Position numbers and translations under genes: made by a program. From the NCBI GenBank assembly GCA_037447605.1, contig CM074804.1, positions 1,488,001 through 1,552,000 of the forward strand: 64,000 nucleotides of DNA, written 5' to 3'. Numbering within the stretch: position 1 is the first letter of the stretch; the number at the start of each line of letters is the position of its first letter. The notes under the pieces are model-generated. The model did not search any database. It had not been told where the DNA came from and saw only the letters and a list, made by a program, of their open reading frames with translations. Below are positions 13,802-24,702 of this stretch, one piece after another. The stretch is from Zygnema circumcarinatum SAG 698-1b. Lineage: Eukaryota > Plantae > Zygnematophyceae.

Positions 13802-15571
13802 CTATACAGAGACTGTCTGTCTTTCTGTGGCTAAAGACAAGCCATAGAGCTTAGAATACTTCCTGGTAATGTAGGAAATATAGCCGTCAGGGTCCAACTT
13901 TTTCCCAGTCAGTTTTTCCACAAGCTCGTCTGCAGTCGGATACAAGCATCCAACTGAATGCACATTCGTCCTTAGCCACTCCCTCAGCGGCTGAAATCTG
14001 CCCTTGCTAATATCAGAGTTAAGCCCCGGAAGCGCCTTTCCAGCAGCTTCAAAAATCTGGCAGGCATACACATTGCCGATCGTATACGTTGGAAAATACC
14101 CATACCCAATTGTCCAGTGAATGTCCTGCAGACATCCTTCGGAGGGCTTCTTAGGCACAACTCCCAAATACTCCTCCATTTTCTGGTTCCAAATGGCTGG
14201 AATCTCCTTCACAGAGAGGCTCCCCTCCATTAGGCCTCGCTCTATCTCATAGCGCAAAAGCACATGCAGAGTATAGGAAACCTCATCCGCCTCCACCCTA
14301 ATCAGGCTCGGCTTCACCTCATTCACAATACGGTGAAACTGCGAATACCCACTTTTTGGAAGCGATGAATATGAGCGAAGCATGACAGGCCAGTAGTGTT
14401 CCCAAAACGCTTCACTCATGCCAACTTGGCATTCCCACAGAAGAGATTGGCTCTCGTGAAGACCAAGACTTCGAGCTTTAGCAGCCGGTAAGCCCTGTGC
14501 CGCAAGCTCTGCATTCAAGCCTTGCTCATACAGACCATGGCCTCCCTCATGCATAACACCCAAAATTCCAGAAACGACATCAGTTTCCGAGAAGCGATCG
14601 GTGAGGCGCACATCATAAGGGCTCGCGATTCCTGAAGTAAAAGGGTGAGTTGATTCATCCAATCTTCCGCTCTCATAACAGAAGCCTATCTCTTCCGAGA
14701 ATCGCCTCGCCAGCCGTTTTTGCGTTTCTAAGGAGAAATGTCCGCTAAAAAGATCCATAGACTTCAGAAATTCACGATCTATTTCAGAAGATGAAGCCAC
14801 AATGCTGCGCAGAAGCTCCGTTAATGGTCCCTTGAGTTTTCCGAAAAGCAAATCAAGCTGAGACGATTTCATGCCTGGCTCATATATGTCAAGGCAGTAA
14901 TCATAGGGAGAGAGATGAGGCTCCACTACAGCAGCAAGCTTTTGTTGGATATCAACCCATTCCTGCAAAGCAGGTGCAAAAATGTCAAAATTTTCTGCAT
15001 TTCTGGCTTCCTCCCATAGAGCAGTCGAGCGGCTGGTCAATGAAGCTGACTGTGCTTCCAGCTCTAATGGTGTCCTCAATGCGCGCTGAAAATTTCGCAT
15101 AGCTTCACGAACAGAAGCAGTCTCCATGTCCGAAAATCCGGATTCCTGCAAGGGTTGATGAGCTAGACAGAGCTCATCAAGGAGATTTCCGAGAGAAGAC
15201 TCAGTTTTTTTTATATGGAGAGCTTTTGAAACTGCTTCAACCTGCCGCGCCCGAGCAGGAGCTCCCTTGGGAGGCATCATGACCTGCTGGTCCCAAAAAA
15301 GGAGATTTCTGACAGACTCAAGCGCTTCAATCTCAGTAAGCTTCTCCTTTAGCATATCAAATGGAACTCTCAGATCCTTCTTAGAAACGCCCTTGCTGCT
15401 GCTTCCTTCTTCAGACGTGCTTGCAGACGCCGAAATCCTGCATGAAAGACGGCTTTTCAAAGGGATCGGGGAAGCTCTAAGGCTTGGCAGGAATCCTGCA
15501 CAGCCTCCGGTCCACGCTGACGCCATCTGCAGAGAGAGGACGGCGGAGGCGGTCCTCGCGGCGGCAGCCAT
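13802..15571 (-). CDS. Intronless M32 family metallocarboxypeptidase (carboxypeptidase Taq-like) with a predicted plastid transit peptide
   Basis: HEGGH zinc motif, HESQS, IRVEADEVSY, GCLQDIHW and GYFPTY. The N-terminal 50 aa are Ala/Ser/Arg-rich (MAAAARTASAVLSLQ...RISASAS). Confidence 0.93.
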   Translation of the reverse strand: MAAAARTASAVLSLQMASAWTGGCAGFLPSLRASPIPLKSRLSCRISASASTSEEGSSSKGVSKKDLRVPFDMLKEKLTEIEALESVRNLLFWDQQVMMPPKGAPARARQVEAVSKALHIKKTESSLGNLLDELCLAHQPLQESGFSDMETASVREAMRNFQRALRTPLELEAQSASLTSRSTALWEEARNAENFDIFAPALQEWVDIQQKLAAVVEPHLSPYDYCLDIYEPGMKSSQLDLLFGKLKGPLTELLRSIVASSSEIDREFLKSMDLFSGHFSLETQKRLARRFSEEIGFCYESGRLDESTHPFTSGIASPYDVRLTDRFSETDVVSGILGVMHEGGHGLYEQGLNAELAAQGLPAAKARSLGLHESQSLLWECQVGMSEAFWEHYWPVMLRSYSSLPKSGYSQFHRIVNEVKPSLIRVEADEVSYTLHVLLRYEIERGLMEGSLSVKEIPAIWNQKMEEYLGVVPKKPSEGCLQDIHWTIGYGYFPTYTIGNVYACQIFEAAGKALPGLNSDISKGRFQPLREWLRTNVHSVGCLYPTADELVEKLTGKKLDPDGYISYITRKYSKLYGLSLATERQTVSV

Positions 15572-15903
15572 GGCTCCTGCTCCTACTGACTGCAGTTCCT
15601 GCAGGAAACCCACACCAAGAGGGCGAGCCAACCTTTGGCACTGCCGCCCGGACTTATACGACAATAGTACCTTCAGATCTCACTTTATTGTACGCTTACC
15701 GGAGGAACGCATGTACTGGTTCTGAACTCTGTTTCATCCGGACACCAATCGTTGGCACGCCCCCTGTGTTGGCGCCTCCCCGTTCATACAATGCCGCCGT
15801 CCAGTACAGGACACGTCACTGTATGGTTTCGTACACATTGCCGTACGGCCCACCACCATTGCAAGGCAATGGTCACGTTACACACGGTCCTCGGCATTAG
15901 TTA

Positions 15904-16051
15904 CAGTTCCAGTTCCAGTTCCAGTTCCAGTTCCAGTTCCAGTTCCAGTTCCAGTTCCAGTTCCAGTTCCAGCCACAGACATGTACAGCCGTGCACATAC
16001 ATGCTCATGGAGACAGAGGCCGCGTATAGGATATAGATGCGGGCAAACGAC
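15904..16051 (-). repeat. Dispersed repeat copy A: about 80-bp unique body plus (GAACTG)n tail
   Basis: (AGTTCC)n on + followed by GTGCACATACATGCTCATGGAGA...ATATAGATGCGGGCAAACGAC, shared with 19604-19725. Confidence 0.85.
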
Positions 16052-16808
16052 TCTTGATTGGATTTACTGAACGAAATGAATAGCGGGAAGTGATATGGTG
16101 AAGGCTATGAGTGAATGTTTCAGTCAAGACTTATTTCACTCTCAGTCCCATCTCGCATTTCTTTGATGGACGAAAACAACTCGTGCTTCCAATGGCTACC
16201 CATATTGCGCTACTTCGTTAATTCAGAGCTGAATGTTTCATCATCTAGGTGGTCTCGCGCTGAAATTCAAGCACTTGCGTTGAAGTTAGTAATTCGCATC
16301 ATAAAAGCAACCTACGTTGGGAATCGGGTAATCGCATCATGGTGAATCGCGCTCTGAAGGACCGAAGTCCGGAACACCCTCAAAGTTGTTAAGATTAAAG
16401 TGTGCGTCTGTTCCTCTTTACCAGATCAAACGACTCAGATATGATAAGTCTGACCAGCTCCAGCCAGCTGAGACTAAAACTAAACTTGGAACAGTGTGTA
16501 CAAATTCGCACAAATACCTCTCTTGAAATTTGACACTCCGATCAGCTCCTACTGCTTGCCCAACCTTAAGTTCGTTATGCCTCACGACCTAACAACTACA
16601 GGAACAGATAGACGTCCAGAGCCACACTTCTGCAACGAAACTGAAACCGAAACCGGAACACAAGCTCTGTAAACAAACACGCATACAAACTCCTCTTTCT
16701 GAAACACGAAACGAGCAGTGAAAATGAAAGAATGCAATTCAGTTCAGACAGTTTTCACCCAGATTGTCGTTGGAAACAATTGGCAAATTCTGAAGAGATG
16801 ACCAAAAA

Positions 16809-18621
16809 TCAGTCAGCCTGCTGCTCGGGGTCCATCTGCTCTTCCGACGGCGCGAGTGTGATCTGCACTTCCGGCAGCGCGAGTGCCGAACTCTCAACGA
16901 AGTGCAGGGTTGGATTTCTGCAGACGATTTTTTTTTCAACGAATGAATTTCAAGTTCTGCTGTAAAACCAAAAACGATTATCGAATTTATCTTGTCATAA
17001 CGACAAATTGAAAAATGTCTGCAGATATATGGGAGACTAACCGTGTAAGTTTCCTTGCCAAGTACAGGAAAGGCTTCTCAAAGTTGTACGTCGACTTCGC
17101 ATAAATTTCATAATACTGCATGTTCTTCTTGCAATGGAACGTCACTTCCTTTGCCTTCACGTTCCTGTTCTTCACATCCACCTTATTGCCACAAAGGACA
17201 ATAGGGATGTTCTCACAGACTCTGCACATAAGAACATGCAAACCCTGCTCAATAAAAAGGAAGGAAAGCTAAGGAAAGCTTGTTGAGCGACAATTGTCAA
17301 ACAAACTAACCTGCAAAGATCCCGATGCCATGTAGGCACGTTCTTGTAAGTCACCCGACAAGTCACATCAAACATGATGATGGCACACTGTCCTGCGACA
17401 CTGTAGAAACAACACCCCCCCGAATTAGACAAGAACGTCGCAACAAGGTCAAGTATACTTAAAAAGCCATCCAAGGAATGTCAGCCACCGTACATGCACC
17501 ACTTCTTTACGCTGCACCGTACATGCACCACTTCTTTACGCTGCAGTCAGCATGCTAGACGCTAACTGATAATAGTAAATTCCAAAAACAATAGATAAAG
17601 AATGGTACAAGAAAATTGAAGAGTCTTAAGAGATCAAATGTTAAGCTGGCACATAAAAACTCACTAGTAACCATCACGCAATCCTCCACACTTCTCCACG
17701 CCACTTGTATCCCAACAAAAGAATCTGATCTTCCCACAGTTTGTGAGGAAGTCAAGACGATGCACTTCCACACCCATTGTGGCTGCATTCAGGCAAACAT
17801 TCCTAGAAAAATCTAAGTAAGATTCATAAACATAAGGCTTGAGCACCAGAAAACAAATAAAAATCCTTTCTGCAAACAGGATTCTTACGTTCATATAGCT
17901 TCACAAACTCTCCCTTCACATGACGTTTCACGAACGTTGTCTTTCCTGCATCCACAAGTTGAGCAACTTTAATACCGGTCCAATTCCAACATCATGCCAA
18001 ACAGACGAAATCGACCCTTAGACATAAGAATTTCCCCTTTCACAAACCGTATGCTTACAAATCCTACGTCAAGAAAGAAGTATTTGAGTTTATCGATTAC
18101 AGGAAACCTGTAGTCGTCCAAAAAGTAGAGTGGTGGACCTACAACCCTGTCTAGTTGATTGGTGCAAACAAGAGACCTTCGACACCGACAGTGTCTTGCA
18201 AAGGGAACACCTAAGAAACCCTAAATACCACAGTTTTGAGTAACTAGGACGCCTTCCTCGTCACTCAAAACTGTGGTATTTAGGCCATGCAACCAATTTA
18301 ACCTGTGCGGAACACAGCAGTTCTGCATCAGTTAAAATCCAGCCCGGCCACCGTACCTGTTCCGCCATCCCCGACCAAGATGAGGTTGAAACTTGGACAA
18401 TCTCCAGAGATGTGCTGGCCTGGAAGCGCCTGCAAAAATGAAGAGACGCGTACAAGTCAACAAGCCGAAAACGTGCAACAACATAACAAAAAATATTTCA
18501 TCTCACGGCCTACTTAAAAATCAGCAAGCTCTGACAGAAAAGTCTTCCACAGGCAAGAGACAATGAGAACTGATGTCAGGATGATAGGCGGCCCCATGCA
18601 GGATGCAAAAAACCTCACCAT
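16809..18621 (-). CDS. RAN: Divergent Ran GTPase paralogue with Q69 replaced by V and no acidic C-terminal tail; intact frame, 7 exons
   Basis: M|[24 protein letters not shown]|[19 protein letters not shown]|[39 protein letters not shown]|[13 protein letters not shown]...HRDLCR|[15 protein letters not shown]...[22 protein letters not shown]|[19 protein letters not shown]...DPEQQAD*. All introns are GT-AG and in phase. Confidence 0.85.
18220..18284. repeat. Perfect 22-bp inverted repeat with a 21-nt spacer in a Ran-like intron
   Basis: CCTAAATACCACAGTTTTGAGT ... ACTCAAAACTGTGGTATTTAGG. Confidence 0.92.
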
Positions 18622-18819
18622 GATTATCTGTTCCCACGCCCTCGCCCTCGCCCGCCTCCCTCTAAGCAGCAGCAGCAGCAGCAGCAGCAGCGCCTTGCAG
18701 GGCAAATATTTCCTTTGGCGCGGGAACGAGCGCGCTCGGCGGGTTCAATTTTTTCGCGCGCCCAAGCGTTTGAAGAGGCAGGCGACGCCGAAACAAGAGC
18801 CGCTCCCTTCCAATGAAAA

Positions 18820-18995
18820 ACGCCACGTGGCTGTTTGTCCTGTACGGAATCGCCACGTGTTGACAAAAGTGTTTTTGCTGACAAAAACACTCTTTCAGTG
18901 GGGCGCGCTTTGACTGCGAACTAAACTTGTCGAGCACCTTCCAATGACGACAAGCCACGTGTACTCCACGGCCAGTGACAACGTGCCACGTATAG
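18820..18995. promoter_or_regulatory. G-box/ABRE-like cluster upstream of the Ran-like gene
   Basis: GCCACGTGGC, GCCACGTGTT, GCCACGTGTA and GCCACGTA occur within about 170 bp. Confidence 0.45.
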
Positions 18996-19363
18996 CGTGC
19001 AGCCAATGACGTCACGCCCCGTGTGTTTTGTGTTCCTGTCGATGGAGAGGCCTCGTCTTTGAAAAAGCGGCTCTTCGTGGTTTCACAAGCTGGGTCTGTC
19101 CATGTCCATCGACTGCAAGACTGGTTTCACATTGCATCGTTTCATAGAAGCCAGCAAAAACTTGAAATTTCATACACATCGTTGTAGTCAATCGCCAGCA
19201 TAATAGAGAAAGCAGACTTTCATTGTTGAGTCACTTTAAGTCTAAAACAGATAGGGTGAGGGCCCTTCACAGCACATGCTTTTCCCGTTCTCCCTCTTCT
19301 TCGGTCCTTTTTGCCAAGCGCGGAACAGCAAAGCACAATAGCTAAATTTTGGAAATTTTAAAC

Positions 19364-19571
19364 CTAAATCCCAAAAAGTGTTAAGCCTATCTTGAGAAAC
19401 GAATAAACAAGGGCTCCGGTAAAGACATAGCTGTATTCTCTATCCAATATTCCACCGTGTCCCGGAGTCAACCTGCCGGAGTCCTTCACTCCAGCGTCTC
19501 TCTTCATCATAGATTCCGATAAATCACCAAATAACGAAGCCATGAAGATGAGCACCGCCATGGTCGCAGCA
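19364..19571 (-). pseudogene. CDS: Orphan last exon of a plastid-type phosphatidate cytidylyltransferase (CDP-DAG synthase)
   Basis: After an AG acceptor: ...SLFGDLSESMMKRDAGVKDSGRLTPGHGGILDREYSYVFTGALVYSF...*. The conserved DRxD is changed to DREY, and no upstream exons are found before the sirtuin stop. Confidence 0.8.
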
Positions 19572-19603
19572 CTGCCATTCAGTTCAAGCATTCAAAGTTC
19601 CAT

Positions 19604-19725
19604 TCCAGTTCCAGTTCCAGTTCCAGTTCGAGTTCCAGTTACAGACACAGAACTGTACGGCAGTGCACATACATGCTCATGGAGAGAGTAGAGGTGCGTA
19701 TAGAATATAGATGCGGGCAAACGAC
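19604..19725 (-). repeat. Dispersed repeat copy B (homologue of 15904-16051)
   Basis: Same body and (GAACTG)n tail. Homology stops at the same point (GGGCAAACGAC) in both copies. Confidence 0.85.
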
Positions 19726-20078
19726 AGCAGTTGTTTTTCTTGAAAAATGCCACATCCCCTCTATACAGGAGAGATTTTGGAAAAGAGAAAATTTCCACTG
19801 CTGCCCGGAGCTTCCGTGCTGCCGTACAAAAAGTGTTTCATTCCTGGCCCGGTCAGCGGACTGTAAATTTGCAGGTCAGCAGATTGGACCAACCACTATT
19901 GGAATTAGGATTAGCATTGATCACTCTGTGCGTAGACAGAAGCGAGTGTGAACAGGGGCATTTCTGGGCGCGCAAACCCACGCAGCAGCAACATGGCGCA
20001 GACCTGCGGCCATGAGTCCATGACCCATGGACTCATGGACCCATGATGGCCATGGCCATGGCCATCCTCTTGATGACG

Positions 20079-22537
20079 TCAGAAGGAATGCGACCCTGCG
20101 CGTTCACACGGGGGGGCGGATTTGGGGAACGAGACACGCGTGCGAACGCTTCGAGACTTTTTGTCCTTTTTGGCGGCCCCCCGGCCGCGTCCTGCGCCCT
20201 CGCTTGGGCCCGCGCCGCGCTCTCCATCATCATCGTAATTTTTGACCTGTGAAAAAGAATAATCTCCCCGCCTTGGGATGGCTTTGTTAGGGACGACTTC
20301 CTGCAGCTCAATATGGCCTGCAGCCTTGAGCTTGACTAGATTCAGAAGGTGAAAGAAAGTCACGATAAGTCGTTATATTGGCAGCTTGTGCATCGGTTGG
20401 CGAGATATGGTTGATGAAATAACACGCATGCTGGTTTTGTGATGGGCATGCAAGCGGGAGAGAGGAGGGAGGGAGAGAGAGGGAGAAAGAGACCGTAAGA
20501 TTGAAAGGGGGGGTGGGGAGGAGAGAGACAGCGAGAGATAGAGGGCGCTCTACACAGAGGGAGATAGGGGGTGGGAGAGAGAGAGAGAGAGGGGTGGGGG
20601 GAGAGAGAGAAAGAGAGGCCTCCTGACCTGCCTGGAGAGAGGGCGGTAGGGCGGGAGCGGCACTTGTAGGAGGGCGGCAAGGCAGGGGAGGACCTGGTCG
20701 AGGCGCGCGCACACTTTGAGGGCGGCGGAGGCGTCGCGGGGAGTCCACTGGAGGTTCACTATGGCCACGCTGCGGGCCAGGCTGGGGAGCTGGTTGGCGG
20801 GGGGGACCTGAGGGAGGGAGGGAGGGAGGGAGGGAGGGAGGGAAAGAGGGAGGGGCAGAGAGGGGGGAAGAGAGGGAGACAGAGAGTGTGTTTGTAAATG
20901 TGTAAGGGAGAGTGAGGGGCAAGGCAAGGGCAGGGGAGGGAGAGACAGAGAGAGGAAGGAAAAAGGGTTCTATGGGAGGTGGAGAGAGGGGGGAGTCGTG
21001 GAGAACGGGAGAGAGGGGAAAGGGAGGGGAGACGGAGGGAGAGGGAGAGGGGGAGGGGGATGAAGAGGGGGAGGGTGGCGGGGAGTTGAGGGAGAAGAGG
21101 AACTGGAAGGAGAGAGAGAGAGAGTGGGGGCAAGAGAGAGGAGATGCAAGAGCAAGAAAACGAGAACAGAGAGAGGGAAGGGAGAAAGAGGGAAAGAGAG
21201 GAGAGAAGCTCGTACAGAGTCTAGACACGAGTCCGTGTCAATCTCCACGATTTTTTTCTTCTTCTTCTGAAGTTTAGGTTCTTGTCACTAGAAAGAAGTG
21301 CACACCTTTAATGAGGTCCCTAAGCAGATGGAAAGCCCTGCGCCGGTTGAAGCCTCTCTCGCTTTCTTCAGTACTTCTTCATCAATTCGCTCCCCAAAGT
21401 GGACTATGGAGTCCACCAGACGCCCCCCACAACCCCCAGACTTTTCCTCCTCGTTGTCGCTATTCGGACAAGACGGCTTCGAATAAAAAATTTCTTCTTT
21501 GTCACCTAAAATGTCCTCTACCTGCCACCTACGATCGGACCCATTTTCCAATTTTCTGGCCTTTTTAATCCTTGTCGGGATGCAACTTGGTTCTTGATCC
21601 GCTTCCGCTAAACAAGATGCCTCGTCTTCACTTCTGTCAGCTTCAGGTTTTACTTCGGCCTCGATTACCCCGAACTTTACGAATTCTTCCCTATTTTCCG
21701 TTCTGTTACCGTCACAGAGACGCCCCGTGTAGTGTCGGTGATAGGACGATCCTTGTGGCACAGTTACGTCAAACTGTCGAGAATATTTCTTTCCGCAAGT
21801 CGAACATTTCTCAACATATATACACCCGTGCAGTTCCGACAAACTTGCACATGGAACGCCGCTTCGAGTGTGAAGCCCATCCACTACACGACAAATCACA
21901 TCGGAAAATAAACCACCCATAACCCTAAAAACGCCGCAAACCCGAACAGCTTTCATCAACTTGAAAACCAAAACTAACACCAGTGATTCGATTTGAACTT
22001 AAGTTTAGATTTTTTAAAGTTTATTCAAGTTGAAGTCGTTCAAGAAACTCACCATTTTGAGTAACAATGTGTCGAACAATCCCACGTTTCACGAGCTCTG
22101 CAAGCGCCACGTGTGCTTCGGTGGGACAGGTGTCCTCATATCGTTGGTTCATTTTGACAGCCTGACCCTTTGCGCCAAGTGTCCACACGCCACGTGGACC
22201 TCGAAAATCCGGAATTCCCGCCGAGGTACTTATTCCGGCTCCCGTGTGCACTACAACTCCTCCAGAATTGATACCGTACTTGATCATTTCGCAGAGCTTT
22301 TGGAGCTTTTGTGTCAATACGTCAGGTGGATCCTCCACCTGTCCCCAATCAACTTTGCTCGAAGGGTGAGGGAGATCACTTGCAAGCTTTAAAGAAGGTA
22401 AATGCAAACCCAGATCCACCGGTCTCACTTTTCTAATGGGTTGTGGTGTTGCGTGAATTGCTGTTTGGAATGAGGTCTCAGCGCATGCACAGGGGGAGGG
22501 AAGAGGGGGGGGGGGGGGGGGGGGGGGNNNNNNNNNN

Positions 22538-22568
<31 letters not shown>

Positions 22569-22899
22569 GTTCAGGAAGAATAGGCACCTCTTGCGCCCTG
22601 CATTCCTTGATTTTTTTTTGGCGGACTCGTCTCTGCAGTTTTTCAGAAATCTGCAGTTCCCAAGAACCCGGCAGAAGGGAAGGAGAGGAATAGTGTTAGA
22701 GTATGGAGAGGAAAGACGAAATTGGGGAGGGGGAGAGTGAGGGAGAGAAAGAGGGGGGAGAGAAAGAAAGAGAGAGAGAGAGAACAGAGAAGGGAGAGAG
22801 TGAGAGCGGAGACATCGTGGAAGCACAGGGAAACGGATACTGTGAGAGAAGGAGTCAAATGAAGGAGCGAGAGACATAAGGATGAAAGGAAAGAAGGCT

Positions 22900-22979
<80 letters not shown>

Positions 22980-23278
22980 GAGCGAGAGCGAGAGAGAGGG
23001 AGAGAGCGAGGAGTATCTACTCAATCACAACCGAGAAATGCTAAGAAACGAAACGCTAAGACGTACAGAGCCCCCGCCCTCGTCCCCTTGCAGAAGCAGG
23101 CGCGCACCTCCGCAGCGAGGCCCGCGTGCGCGCTGAGAAGGGCCACCTCCGCCGCGCTGCGCTCGCCCGCCGCCCGCGCCACCGCCGCCGCCACGTGGCG
23201 CTCCTTCTCCCGCGCAGCCGCGGCAGCGTCGCTGCGCTCGCGCCACGCCCTCTTGCGGGCCTCGCGCGCACTCTGCAT
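20079..23278 (-). CDS. SIRT7: Class IV sirtuin, SIRT7-like (exons 23278-23108, 22650-22588, 22338-22053, 21883-21306, 20807-20628, probable last exon 20246-20079)
   Basis: GAGISTSAGIPDFRGPRGVWT, TQNVDGLH, ELHG, CSTC...QFDVT...HRHYTGRLC...CGGRLVDSIVHFGE, LGTSLKV and IVNLQWTP. N-terminal helix ...GERSAAEVALL...QEVEDPPDVL. The choice of last exon is uncertain. Confidence 0.85.
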
Positions 23279-24702
23279 TGGGGGGAGGGGGAGAGGGAGG
23301 GAGGAAGGGAGGGGGGGGGGGGAGAGAGGGAGGGAGGGAAAATGGGAGAGAGGGAGGGAGAGGGGGGGAGGGAGGGAGGGAGGAGGGCGGAGGGAGGGGG
23401 GGGGAAGAGAGGGAGGGAGGGGAAAGGGGAGAGAGAGAGGGAGGGAGAGGGGGACGAGGGAAGGAGCGGTGACGAGCGTGGGCTAGAGCCTTCTGTTCCC
23501 GCCCTTTTTCTAAAGCGCCACGAGAGGCCCTCCAACTTGCGAACTCCATAGTGAAGCATCATCGTACAATGGCGCTGCGCCACGTGCGAATTTCTGTGCA
23601 CGTGGCACGTCGCCATTGCGAGATGCTCGAAAATAAGTTGCGATGTGAGGCATGATGAGTTGTTGTCGTTGTCGTTGTTGTTACCATTGCGATTGTTACC
23701 ATTGCCAAAGCGTGTGGCTTTGCGATCCATACATGAGACTCGACATTTATGTTTGTGTTTGTGTTTTGTGCTTTAGTGCGTTTGTTCTGACCTTCCAATC
23801 ACAGCTCCCCTTCAGCTTCACACTTGGCAATCCCCGACTGGTTGTCATCTGGCCGTACGGCCGTCCCGCACGCGCGACCCAGTGCTTGTCGCCTCTGCCA
23901 GCGTACAGAGTGCCCCTAGCGGCGCTAAATCCACATCGCAATCTGCAGCTGCCACGTGACAAGATTCCTGCATTGTCCAATTACAGCGGCCGATTGCAAT
24001 ATCTTTAGAAAGATCTTCCTTTAACGGCGGGCCAATCCGTAACAGATTTTCTGCGTGAGGGAGTTCCATGCTCCGCTGAACTGTCCTATCAGGATTTTTA
24101 TCAAGCCCGTTCGGCATGTTCGCACGTGTCAGAAATATCGTCGTCGTGGTGTTCACACTGTGATAATGCGACGATCCGGTTATATAGGGACCAAAAGCGG
24201 CCAATGGCGCCATGGCCATGGTCATGCTGATCAGGGTGCTGGAAGGGGATGGATGGATGGATGGATGGGTGGGCAGGGAGGGGCCTGAGCAGCCATGGCT
24301 GCAGGGGCCATGGCTTTATCGCCTTGGCAGAGAGCTGCATGCAATAGTCAGCAATCTGCGCTAAGTTTTTAAGTTTTGCTTTGGGTCCTGCGGACGGCAT
24401 GGCAGGAATGTTGGATGAAGGAATAATGGAATCGTTTGATGAGCATGTTGAGGTCAACACTGCTTTCAAGTTTGGAGTCTGCCGGCGGCAGCTGCTTGAC
24501 AATGGCGGAAGGGAGGAGATGTAGGGCTGGCTGGTTTCAATTTCGGAAATTTAAAACGTTTTTTGTTTTTCATAAGCCGGTTTGCAGCTTGCAATTTGCA
24601 GTTTGCGGCATTCAACTGGTCTCCCTTTCCCTTTCGCCCCCCTTGTCAAAAAAAAATCAAGTCTGCTGAATTTTTCAGTGTTTGCTAAAGAATGAGGAGG
24701 CA

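Noticed and set aside
15904-15972. CRISPR-like or coding Ser-repeat array
   Set aside because: It is a plain (AGTTCC)n hexamer microsatellite without spacers, in a eukaryotic context.
24101-24502. 133-aa minus-strand ORF between the sirtuin and coiled-coil genes
   Set aside because: No family motif, and it overlaps the probable 5' region of the + strand gene.
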